From contig CP147780.1 in the NCBI GenBank assembly GCA_037310415.1, positions 832,001-896,000 of the forward strand: a stretch of DNA of 64,000 nt, read 5' to 3'. Source of the DNA: Candidatus Atabeyarchaeum deiterrae. GTDB lineage: Archaea; Asgardarchaeota; Atabeyarchaeia; Atabeyarchaeales; Atabeyarchaeaceae. Under the pieces are notes generated by a model, which ran no database searches, was not told where the DNA came from, and saw nothing but the letters and a program-made list of their open reading frames with translations. Shown piece by piece: positions 10,019-18,772 of the stretch; the stretch's first letter is position 1; every line of letters starts with the position of its first letter. A program made the translations under genes and the position numbers.

Positions 10019-11809
10019 ATGTCAAAAAGACCAAGCCCATTAGAACTCTACAAGTATCTCCCGCAGACCAACTGCAAGAAATGCGGTGAAGATAGTTGTA
10101 TGGCCTTTGCCATGAAACTTATCGATCGCTCTTCTGAGCTAAATCAATGCACTCCTCTCTATGTGCCGGAATTCAAGAAGAACGTGGAAACCCTTGAAAA
10201 ACTGACGACACCACCTGTTCGTGTTGTTAGAATTGGCGAAGGACCGCGAGCAATTAAGATAGGCGGAAAGGAAGTAGTTCACAGACACGAGTTGGCATAC
10301 ATAAACCCCACAGCCATCGCCATAGATGTTCACGATGAGATGCCCGAAGACCTAATTCTTCAAAGAGTCAAACAGACAAACGAGTTTAGCATCGTAAGGA
10401 TCGGAAAGGAATTGAAACTAGACCTCATTGCAGTGAGAAGTGTATCATCCGATCCCAAAAAGTTCGCTAAAGCAGTTGATGTAGTGGCAAAGACAGCCAA
10501 TCTACCCATGGTCCTATGCTCATTTGATCCCAAAGTCTTGAGAGCAGGTCTTGAGGCTGCCAAAGGCAAGAAACCACTGATATATGCTGCAACAAAAGAC
10601 AACTGGAAAGATGTAGGATCCTTGGCAGTTGAGTTCAATTGCCCAGTCACAGTCTTCGCGCCTGGGGACCTGTCGGGAGTCAAATCACTTGCCGTGACGC
10701 TTCAAAAGGGAGGCGCGCCTGGGATCGTACTGGATCCTGGAACAGTGTATGGCGAAGGCTCCCTCAGCCAAACTCTAGATAGATTCGTAATGCTGAGAAG
10801 AGCAGCAATCGAAGGTGGCGACGCAGACGTCGGCTGGCCATTAATAGGAGTTCCAGCGATAATATGGGCTGGCAAGAACGGAAACATCTCAAACGCCGAG
10901 TTCATTGAACTCGCATCAAAGGAGACACTTCTGGCAGCCAGTCTCATGATAAGGTACGCTGACATACTGATATGCCACACTCCTGATATGTGGGCTATGC
11001 TTCCAGCAATAGCTTTGAGACAGAACTTATACGCAGATCCAAGAATACACCCTGCTGTTGAGACTGGCGTAAAGACTGTCGGAACACCCAACGAGCTATC
11101 ACCGGTGTTCTTGACAACAAACTTCGCCCTAACATACTACACTGTCCGTTCAGACATCGAGCAAGCCAAGATGGATGCGTGGATGCTTGTTCTCGACACA
11201 GGAGGCATAGGTGTCGAGAGTTCATCGGCAGGTGGACAACTCAATGCTGGGGCTGTCGCTGAGCTGATCAAATCGTCTGGAATTGAGTCAAGAGTGAATC
11301 ACAGGGCACTCATAATACCTGGAATGGCGGCCAGATTCCAAGGTGAGATGGAGGACTCTACAAAATGGGACATACTTGTTGGACCAAGAGACTCATCGGC
11401 GATACCTGATTTCATAAGAGAGAAGTATACCATAAAGCCTGGGCTGAGATTCTCAGGGGATGCAAAGGCAGATTCGCCGGTAATTCTTACGACAAACTCG
11501 ATAAAGTCCTATTATAGCATCAAAGTCCCACTTGAGGGAAAGATGGATGCTTGGATACTGACGCTTGACACGGGCGGCAAAGACCTTGAACAAGCACTCA
11601 GCGAGAAGCTGGTTACCGGGCAAGCAGTCACAAAGCTGATGACTGACGCCGAACTTGAGAAGCAGACCAAAAACAAGAAGTTAGTGGTTCCTGCTCAGCT
11701 TGAAAGTCTCAAGAATGACATCAAGAAGTCAACTGGCTGGGAAGTAATTGTCGCACCAGCCGATCCATCGAAGTTAGTCGCGTTTTTGAAGAAACCGGCA
11801 GGCAAGTAG
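10019..11809 (+). CDS. cdhE: Corrinoid Fe-S protein large (gamma) subunit with an extra C-terminal domain
   Basis: N-terminal LPQTNCKKCG..SCMAFA..C cluster; TTNFALTYY and VGPRDS. About 124 aa of duplicated tail follows. Confidence 0.94.
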   Translation: MSKRPSPLELYKYLPQTNCKKCGEDSCMAFAMKLIDRSSELNQCTPLYVPEFKKNVETLEKLTTPPVRVVRIGEGPRAIKIGGKEVVHRHELAYINPTAIAIDVHDEMPEDLILQRVKQTNEFSIVRIGKELKLDLIAVRSVSSDPKKFAKAVDVVAKTANLPMVLCSFDPKVLRAGLEAAKGKKPLIYAATKDNWKDVGSLAVEFNCPVTVFAPGDLSGVKSLAVTLQKGGAPGIVLDPGTVYGEGSLSQTLDRFVMLRRAAIEGGDADVGWPLIGVPAIIWAGKNGNISNAEFIELASKETLLAASLMIRYADILICHTPDMWAMLPAIALRQNLYADPRIHPAVETGVKTVGTPNELSPVFLTTNFALTYYTVRSDIEQAKMDAWMLVLDTGGIGVESSSAGGQLNAGAVAELIKSSGIESRVNHRALIIPGMAARFQGEMEDSTKWDILVGPRDSSAIPDFIREKYTIKPGLRFSGDAKADSPVILTTNSIKSYYSIKVPLEGKMDAWILTLDTGGKDLEQALSEKLVTGQAVTKLMTDAELEKQTKNKKLVVPAQLESLKNDIKKSTGWEVIVAPADPSKLVAFLKKPAGK

Positions 11810-12071
11810 CGAAAAGAAGAGTAGCTACTTCAATACCTCTTTTTGGTATTCTGCGTTCAAACCCAGAGTCGTCGGATTATTTGTCGTGTTCTGTTGGTGC
11901 AATATCAAAAAGAGAAAGAGAAGGATTTCTCGAGAATACCTAAGCAATCCACTACGTGAAAATAGCAGGACCAAGAGTGATTCAAATATGGTCCAACCTA
12001 GACGGTACCTACCAAGTGTCCCTGGCGGACGTCTTTGCTTTTTGAGGCAATGCAATTGGGAACTAGGCACT

Positions 12072-12254
12072 TTACTGTGTTCTTGCCTTAATGCCTTGTT
12101 TCTGAGCCGTTACCTCAACTGTGATTTCTATAGGTTCCCTAACCGCTTCTGTTTCCTCTTCTTCAACCTGCTCGCTCTGAACCAGTGGGACACAAACGTT
12201 GCAAACCCCATTCAAACATTCATAGATTCTATAGTTGTGACAAGGGAGTTCCAC
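12072..12254 (-). CDS. Small hypothetical protein (4 Cys + His, acidic tail)
   Basis: 60 codons, GTG start after GGTGGGAG, upstream TATA-like TTTAAATA. Contains CH-x6-C-x4-CxxC. Confidence 0.45.
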   Translation of the reverse strand: MELPCHNYRIYECLNGVCNVCVPLVQSEQVEEEETEAVREPIEITVEVTAQKQGIKARTQ

Positions 12255-12705
12255 TAATTATCTCCCACCAAACACTATTTTACACTTGTAAACTAGTCAA
12301 AAATGCATATTTAAAGGTGATCACATTTCTCCGAATATGAAACGTTACATCGATATTTGTCGAACCAAGTTCGCAATGGCGAGGACAACCGATCGCATTG
12401 AGTGTAACTCGTCAGTAAGTGGAAAAGCATTCGACACTGCCCTTACGAGGGTAAGCAACTCATGCATGACGACGACAATTCCGTGCCAGTCAAAGAGCAT
12501 AAGGGAACGTTTGCCAAAACCGCAGGTGCAAATCTGTGATCGAAATGTCTCTTGTTCACTTGAAACCGAGAACTAGCAATCGACAATCAACCTAATGAGT
12601 GAAAAGAGAAATAAATCCATAACAACTACTCATCTAAATGAGGCAGAATCTTCAGATAACCCTCATTTATCTGGATAAGTATTGTGAGAAAGGGATGAAT
12701 GCATA

Positions 12706-14472
12706 ATGCTAGATAGGTCTTCGTCAGACAGAGACTACTGGAAGAAAAGATTAGAAGTGATTTCCCAGCGCAAGTCACGGTCCCCGTCATTATTTGATGA
12801 AAACGCTTTGAAGAGGATCGAGGAAAAACAGACCGAATGGGCGCAGAATACTCTGAAACCCTACACATCGAAGAACCCTGAGTCTAAAGACAAGTTTGAA
12901 AGTCTCTCAGGGATAGAGACTAAGAGAGTGTACACTCCTTGTGACGTCCCATACATGGACTACAATGAGGACATAGGCTTCCCAGGCGACTTTCCTTTTC
13001 TGAGGGGTGTCTACCCCACAATGTACCGCGGGAGAACCTGGACCATGAGAATGTTCTCCGGATACGGAACAGCCGAGGACACCAACAAGAGGTGGAAGTA
13101 CCTTCTCGAGCAAGGCGAAACCGGACTAAGCACAGCCTTTCACATGCCAACTATTTACGCGTACGATTCGGATAGTATAAGAGCATATGGAGAAGTTGGC
13201 AAATGTGGGGTCGCAATAGATTCATTGAAAGACATGGAGATACTGTTCAATGGAATCCCATTAGATAAAGTAAGCACATCGATGACAATCAATGCCCCAG
13301 CCGGCGTACTCACAGCAATGTATGCGGCAGTCGGCGAAAAGCAAGGAGTTCCAGAAGGGAAGCTGAGAGGAACTATACAAAATGATCTTCTCAAAGAGTA
13401 TATAGCTCAGAAGTCTTGGATATTCCCACCCGAAGAGTCATTGAGGATCATCCGAGACATAATGGTTTACTGCACCAAGCACATGCCACTCTGGAACTAT
13501 GTTAGCATAAGTGGGTATCACATCAGGGAAGCCGGGTCGACCGCAGTTCAAGAACTAGCCTTCACTCTGGCAGATGGCTTTGCCTATGTCGAATTGGGAC
13601 TGGAAGGCGGGTTGAATGTTGATGACTTTGCTCCAAGACTTTCATTTTTCTTTAATTCCCACAATGATTTCTTCGAAGAGATCGCCAAGTTCCGCGCTGC
13701 AAGGAGAATATGGGCAACCGTCATGAGAGAGAAATACGGCGCCACGGACCCAAGGTCAATGCTACTTAGGTTTCACACTCAGACGGCAGGTTGCTCGCTG
13801 ACATGGCAACAGCCGATGGTCAACATCGTTAGGGCAGCCTACCAGGCTTTGGCTGCAGTGCTCGGCGGGACACAGTCTCTACATACTGATTCATATGACG
13901 AAGCTTGGGCAGTCCCTTCAGAAGGGGCCGCATTGATCGCTCTAAGAACCCAACAGGTTCTGGCTGAAGAGACAGGTGTTACGAATACAATAGATCCGTT
14001 AGCTGGATCATACTACGTAGAATGGCTAACGAGTGAGATGGAAGAGCAATCTTACAAGTACTTTGACAAAATAGACTCCATGGGTGGAGTTCTGGAAGCG
14101 ATCAAAAATGGCTACCTACAGCGGGAAATCGCTGAAAGTTCCTATAAATATCAAAGGAAAATCGAACACGAGGAGATTCCAATAATAGGAGTCAACAAGT
14201 ACCGCATGAATGACGAAGCGCCAATTAACTATCTGAAAGTTGATCCTGTGGTTCAAGAGAAACAAATCCAGAGAGTTAAGGAACTACGCGAGGAACGAGA
14301 TGCCTCCAAATGGAACAAAGCTCTCGATGAGCTTAGAAAAGCCATGCAAGACAAGAACGCAAACCTAATGTACCCAATACTTAAGGCTGTGAAAGCTTAC
14401 GCGACCATAGGAGAAATCATTGGTGTCGGGAGAGAGGTTTTTGGTGAATGGAAGGAACCGACTCTCTTCTAA
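12706..14472 (+). CDS. B12-dependent acyl-CoA mutase large subunit (isobutyryl-CoA mutase-like)
   Basis: Motifs [35 protein letters not shown] and GGTQSLHT. Phe and Gln occupy the specificity positions. Confidence 0.9.
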   Translation: MLDRSSSDRDYWKKRLEVISQRKSRSPSLFDENALKRIEEKQTEWAQNTLKPYTSKNPESKDKFESLSGIETKRVYTPCDVPYMDYNEDIGFPGDFPFLRGVYPTMYRGRTWTMRMFSGYGTAEDTNKRWKYLLEQGETGLSTAFHMPTIYAYDSDSIRAYGEVGKCGVAIDSLKDMEILFNGIPLDKVSTSMTINAPAGVLTAMYAAVGEKQGVPEGKLRGTIQNDLLKEYIAQKSWIFPPEESLRIIRDIMVYCTKHMPLWNYVSISGYHIREAGSTAVQELAFTLADGFAYVELGLEGGLNVDDFAPRLSFFFNSHNDFFEEIAKFRAARRIWATVMREKYGATDPRSMLLRFHTQTAGCSLTWQQPMVNIVRAAYQALAAVLGGTQSLHTDSYDEAWAVPSEGAALIALRTQQVLAEETGVTNTIDPLAGSYYVEWLTSEMEEQSYKYFDKIDSMGGVLEAIKNGYLQREIAESSYKYQRKIEHEEIPIIGVNKYRMNDEAPINYLKVDPVVQEKQIQRVKELREERDASKWNKALDELRKAMQDKNANLMYPILKAVKAYATIGEIIGVGREVFGEWKEPTLF

Positions 14473-14524
14473 ATCTCAGGATAGTGACTCGAAGCAAAAA
14501 GTATTGAAATGAGTTTGGCGGGAG

Positions 14525-14977
14525 ATGGATCCGAACATGTCGAAGCGTGAGAACAAGATTCGAGTTCTAATAGCTAAACCGGGGCTAGACGGACATGATA
14601 GAGGCGCATTGGTGCTCTGCAGAGCTTTTAGAGACGCGGGCGCTGAAGTAATCTACACAGGGTTGTTAGCGACTCCTGAACAAGTCGCCCAGACCGCAAT
14701 AGACGAGGATGTTGATGCAGTAATGCTGTCACTTCTGAATGGCGCTCATATGGTTGCATTTCCTCGAGTTGTTAACCTTCTGAAGCAGAAGGAGGCTGAG
14801 GATGTGCTTGTATTCGGAGGTGGAATAATACCTAAAGATGACAAGCCGCTACTTGAGAAAGATGGTATACTTGGGAATTGGGGTCCTGGAACCCCACTTG
14901 ACATAATTGTTGGCACTGTCTTCGAGAGGGTCAAGGAACGACGAAAGAGAACGAAGCTCAGTGGAAAGGGGCTATAA
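14525..14977 (+). CDS. Acyl-CoA mutase small cobalamin-binding subunit
   Basis: AKPGLDGHDRG (DxHxxG), S.L.GAH and GGGIIP. Confidence 0.92.
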   Translation: MDPNMSKRENKIRVLIAKPGLDGHDRGALVLCRAFRDAGAEVIYTGLLATPEQVAQTAIDEDVDAVMLSLLNGAHMVAFPRVVNLLKQKEAEDVLVFGGGIIPKDDKPLLEKDGILGNWGPGTPLDIIVGTVFERVKERRKRTKLSGKGL

Positions 14978-15074
14978 TAGCTTTGCTTCACACGGCGTTG
15001 ATTCGGTGAGCAGTATTCAGTCTACTCTTGTTTGGTCGTATTAGTATCTACAAAGTCAAAGCGGGTGTGAATCG

Positions 15075-16025
15075 TTGAGTGCGGATCTTGTGAAAAGGTT
15101 GCTAGATGGTGATCGCAGAGCCTTGGGCAAACTAATCACGCTTATTGACGATGGCGCACCCGAGGGCATAGAAGCGATAGTAAAACTATTCCCGAAGACA
15201 GGACATGCCCAAATAATCGGCATTACAGGCTCCCCAGGAGTTGGAAAGAGCTCATTAATAAATGCTTTAACAAGACAACTCAGAGACAGAGGAAAAACTG
15301 TTGGAATAATAGCCGTGGACCCGTCAAGCCCATTCAGTGGAGGCGCATTGCTGGGTGACAGGATCAGAATGCAAGACCACTTCACAGACGAAGGAGTCTT
15401 TATTCGCAGCTTGGCCTCAAGAGGCTCTCTTGGAGGCTTGTCGAAATCAGTCAATAACGTGATAAGGCTACTCGATGCTTTCGGTAGAGATATCATCATA
15501 GTGGAGACCGTTGGCGCAGGTCAAGTGGAGGTCGACATCGTCAAGGTAGCCCACACGGTCATAGTAGTAATGTCCCCGGGTTATGGAGATGTCATTCAGA
15601 TGCTCAAGGCGGGGATAATTGAAATAGGGGACATATTTGCCATCAACAAATCTGACCTTGAAGGCACTGACAGGACTGTAGAAGGACTGATGTCTGTCCT
15701 CGAACTCAGTCAGAAGGAGGGGTGGAGACCCCCAATAGTACAGACAGTCGCTGTCACAAACAAAGGCATAACTGAACTAGTTGACACAATAGAAAAACAC
15801 AGGAATTATCTCCAGAGAACCAATCTATTGATTTTGAGAGAAAGAAAAAGGATCGAGACTGAACTTATCAACTTGGTTAATGAACAGGTCTATGAGCGAA
15901 TTACTAAAGAAGACATGGGAGAAGGAGATAATCTAAAGACAATAGTGTCAAAAGTGCAATCAAAGCAAGTGGATCCATACACTGCAGCCAAAAGGATTAT
16001 TTCGGCTCTCAGCTCAGCTAAGTAA
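15075..16025 (+). CDS. meaB: MeaB/ArgK mutase-chaperone GTPase
   Basis: Motifs GSPGVGKS, AVDPSSPFSGGALLGDRIRM, ETVGAGQ and NKSD. Confidence 0.94.
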   Translation: MSADLVKRLLDGDRRALGKLITLIDDGAPEGIEAIVKLFPKTGHAQIIGITGSPGVGKSSLINALTRQLRDRGKTVGIIAVDPSSPFSGGALLGDRIRMQDHFTDEGVFIRSLASRGSLGGLSKSVNNVIRLLDAFGRDIIIVETVGAGQVEVDIVKVAHTVIVVMSPGYGDVIQMLKAGIIEIGDIFAINKSDLEGTDRTVEGLMSVLELSQKEGWRPPIVQTVAVTNKGITELVDTIEKHRNYLQRTNLLILRERKRIETELINLVNEQVYERITKEDMGEGDNLKTIVSKVQSKQVDPYTAAKRIISALSSAK

Positions 16026-16047
16026 TCTTTGGTTTTCTCAATTGCAT

Positions 16048-16767
16048 TTAGGGCACGCATCGGTCTAGAGTCTCTTTCTTGGAGACTTCGATTATTGATA
16101 ACTTTCGAGACGCCGGTAGGGACACATTGTAAACTGGAACATCATCAACTAATGCAAAAGGGATACCCTTGTGCGAGTGTGCACAGATGACAGCATCAAC
16201 CTTACTATTAGAGAAGATACTTTCGCATCGATTACAGCCGATATGTTGGTAGAACATCCTTCGTTCCCCTTTGAGGATCTTGTAAGTTGGTGGGTAGTGG
16301 GTGAGAAGGATCTTGAGGTCAGCTTGAAGAGTCGCAACAAGATTAGAAATCCTGTCAATCCTTTCGAGATAGGTTTTTCCTATGTTAGGAATGTTCTTCG
16401 CTTGCCACGGGGTGGGCACCTCCAACGATCCTTGCGAGCCTATGATACCCACTTTCACGTTGCGTACGTTTATGACAGTTGCCTCATCATCCAGAAACTT
16501 CACCTTTTCTTGCGCCATCCTTCTGACTTCATCCCTGATATCTGAGTACTCCTCGTTGCCAAAGCAGCCTATGATGGGGCAACGAACGTCGTTCTGGTGC
16601 ATAAGAGCTAGGACATCTTGGATGTTGATGAACTGCCCTTTCAGTATCAAGTCGCCTGCGAGAAAAAAGAGATCCAGTTTAGAGCAGTCAATCGCTCCAA
16701 AGGAGAGTCTGAATTCATCTAGAAACTTCGGCGCGTGAATATCCCCGACAGCCGCAATCCGAATCAA
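16048..16767 (-). CDS. Calcineurin-like metallophosphoesterase
   Basis: Motifs GDIH, AGD, GNEE, THYPP and AHSH. Confidence 0.85.
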   Translation of the reverse strand: MIRIAAVGDIHAPKFLDEFRLSFGAIDCSKLDLFFLAGDLILKGQFINIQDVLALMHQNDVRCPIIGCFGNEEYSDIRDEVRRMAQEKVKFLDDEATVINVRNVKVGIIGSQGSLEVPTPWQAKNIPNIGKTYLERIDRISNLVATLQADLKILLTHYPPTYKILKGERRMFYQHIGCNRCESIFSNSKVDAVICAHSHKGIPFALVDDVPVYNVSLPASRKLSIIEVSKKETLDRCVP

Positions 16768-16915
16768 AGACTCAAACGCTCTCCTGAACCTAATCCATTT
16801 GCACTGAAGTGAATGCGGAAAGGACTACTTAAGAAGTTAGACACTCGATTACATGATAGAAATCGAGTTCTGAATTGCAGAAGATAATTGGGAGAAGAAC
16901 CTACTTGAAGCAAAG

Positions 16916-17113
16916 GCGATCTCTTTAGCAAATAAAGTGCTCTCCGTGAATGAGCGCATCAACGAGATTGGAGGCAAAAAAACAAATGAAAGGGCAAAAT
17001 TAGAGGATTGAACACAGAGGACTGACACAGAAATCGATGAACATGTCTACAACATTTATTGCATGACAGAAGAGGAAAAGAAAACCATCGAGGAACCCGT
17101 GAGCAGCAGCTAG
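16916..17113 (+). pseudogene. C-terminal remnant of a type IIG-like restriction-modification/DNA methyltransferase
   Basis: Hand translation: ANKVLSVNERINEIGGKKTNERAKLED*TQRTDTEIDEHVYNIYCMTEEEKKTIEE. This matches the 'TD.EID.LVY.LYG.TEEE..IIE' tail of such enzymes. Internal TGA at 17009-17011, no start, no catalytic part. Confidence 0.65.
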
Positions 17114-17337
17114 CCGCCTGATACGCTTCCACTTGTTGCGTCAATTCTTTGCAGGTCGATGCGAAGCTCATGGATTAGCGCTGGAAGAAGTGCTGGAAAC
17201 ACCGTCAACCATATCAAGCATAAACACTGCAAATATCATAGAACTTGACATGGAACAAATTGCCTTATTCTGTTTACCTATCTGGAACGAAGAGATGCGC
17301 CCTGGACATCGATAATAAGGCCACTTTAACATACAAA

Positions 17338-17931
17338 ATGAAAGAGGACGTAACTGGTTTTCGTGAGGTGGCACCTACGAGGAGCATATTTGAGTTTGTG
17401 GAGCTTATCTGGGTCTTGAAGGATCTTGAGCGGTCAGGGTGGAAGTACCACAAGGTTTCGGGCATCATGGAGACCACTGCCTCGCATACATTCGGGGTAA
17501 TGGTGCTTACTTGGCTATTCGCTAGGAAAGAACATGCAGATGAGGATAGAGCTTTGAAGATGGCCTTGGTACACGACTTGGTCGAGAGTGTTATAGGTGA
17601 TTTGACGCCTCATGACGCTGAGGTTGTGAATAAGAGCGAACTTGAAGAAGAAGGAATGAGGGCGGTCGAGGCAAAGCTACCCGTCCAGTTGAGAAAGGAG
17701 ATTTTGAGCTTGACTGAAGAATTTCGCGCTGGAAAGAGCAGTGAGTCAGAAATAGTTAGAGTTTGCGACAAGCTCGACACGGTATTTCAAGCTTATTTCT
17801 ATAGAAAGGCAAAGCGTATCAGTGAAGCCAGCTTCAAAGAGTTCTTCAGCTATGCAGAAAAGGTATGTGACAAAGATTTTTCGAGAGAACTCCTCGATCA
17901 GATATGGCGCGCGGCAAGTGACAAGACTTGA
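17338..17931 (+). CDS. HD-domain phosphohydrolase (YfbR/HDDC2-like nucleotidase)
   Basis: Motifs LK.LERSGW, ETTASHTF, MALVHDLVE..IGDLTP and CDKLD. Confidence 0.85.
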   Translation: MKEDVTGFREVAPTRSIFEFVELIWVLKDLERSGWKYHKVSGIMETTASHTFGVMVLTWLFARKEHADEDRALKMALVHDLVESVIGDLTPHDAEVVNKSELEEEGMRAVEAKLPVQLRKEILSLTEEFRAGKSSESEIVRVCDKLDTVFQAYFYRKAKRISEASFKEFFSYAEKVCDKDFSRELLDQIWRAASDKT

Positions 17932-18148
17932 TCCTAGTACAGACAAACAGTTGCTATCATTTGGAACTCCAGAAGGAGTTAAGCAAGCAGTCAGAAAAAC
18001 CATAAATGAAGCAGCACCTTGTGGGTCATACTTTATGAGTTTAAGTGAGAGTCTTCATTATAGTTGCCAGCTGGAAAATATCCCTGCAAAGCTTAGTGCA
18101 GCAAGAAGACATGGCAGGTACCCCAATCTCACTAAGATAGTCGAATAG
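17927..18148 (+). pseudogene. C-terminal fragment of a URO-D / MtaA-CmuA methyltransferase family protein
   Basis: LLSFGTPEGVKQAVRKTINEAAPCGSYFMS...ENI...ARRHGRYP is a typical URO-D-family C-terminus. The N-terminal portion is absent. Confidence 0.7.
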
Positions 18149-18201
18149 AAAACACTGTAAAGAATAAAGTCAGGTTGAGAGTGAGTGCTTTCCCGGCCCG
18201 C

Positions 18202-18585
18202 TTATATGACACGCTGTATCATGTCTGCCGCTCTCCAGACATCGGCGTAGCTACTAGCCGGATCTCCGTTCGGCAGAACGTATGCTATGACTATTCCCTT
18301 ATCTCCCATCGTCGACATGACTATGTGCCCTTTGCCTGTGACATTTGTGGCTATTAGCCTCTCTTCTGTTGCTTGGAGGGTGGAGTATTTCACATTCTGA
18401 ATTGACACGGATGGGTCTTTTTTGCGCCAAGAATCAATTACCTGTGAGCCATTCAGTTGCCAGTTTTGGGTTGTGAACATTATTTTCCCATTTGAGTCTA
18501 GAACTGCGATTGCTCCTATTGTGTTGTTCGTTGCAACTAGGTTCTTAACCACATCTTCTATTCCTACAGACATAGTAGTTGACAC
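18202..18585 (-). CDS. Asgard-type profilin
   Basis: Motifs AIAVLDSNGKIMFTTQNW and SIQNVKYSTLQATEERLIATNVTGKGHIV resemble Asgard profilins. GTG start after GGTGA; alternative ATG at 18573. Confidence 0.85.
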   Translation of the reverse strand: MSTTMSVGIEDVVKNLVATNNTIGAIAVLDSNGKIMFTTQNWQLNGSQVIDSWRKKDPSVSIQNVKYSTLQATEERLIATNVTGKGHIVMSTMGDKGIVIAYVLPNGDPASSYADVWRAADMIQRVI

Positions 18586-18772
18586 GATTTTGTCACCACC
18601 TTGCTGATGGGCTTTTAGACCTCTAAACCTTTGCATTATCTTAATCTCAATATCATTTTGTATTGGCAAGACTATATGAAATGTTTGGAATTATCGACAG
18701 ACCTCTTATGAGAATTTGCGATCTTCTCAACATGTTTTCATTTGGCTAATACGTCTTCGCTATCTTCGCAAT

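Noticed and set aside
11825-12868. ORFs 11825-12070, 11886-12257, 12337-12576 and 12626-12868
   Set aside because: No RBS or motif support, atypical composition, and some overlap better candidates.
17009-17011. In-frame TGA as possible selenocysteine
   Set aside because: It falls at a non-Cys position of a start-less R-M gene fragment; an ordinary nonsense mutation is more likely.
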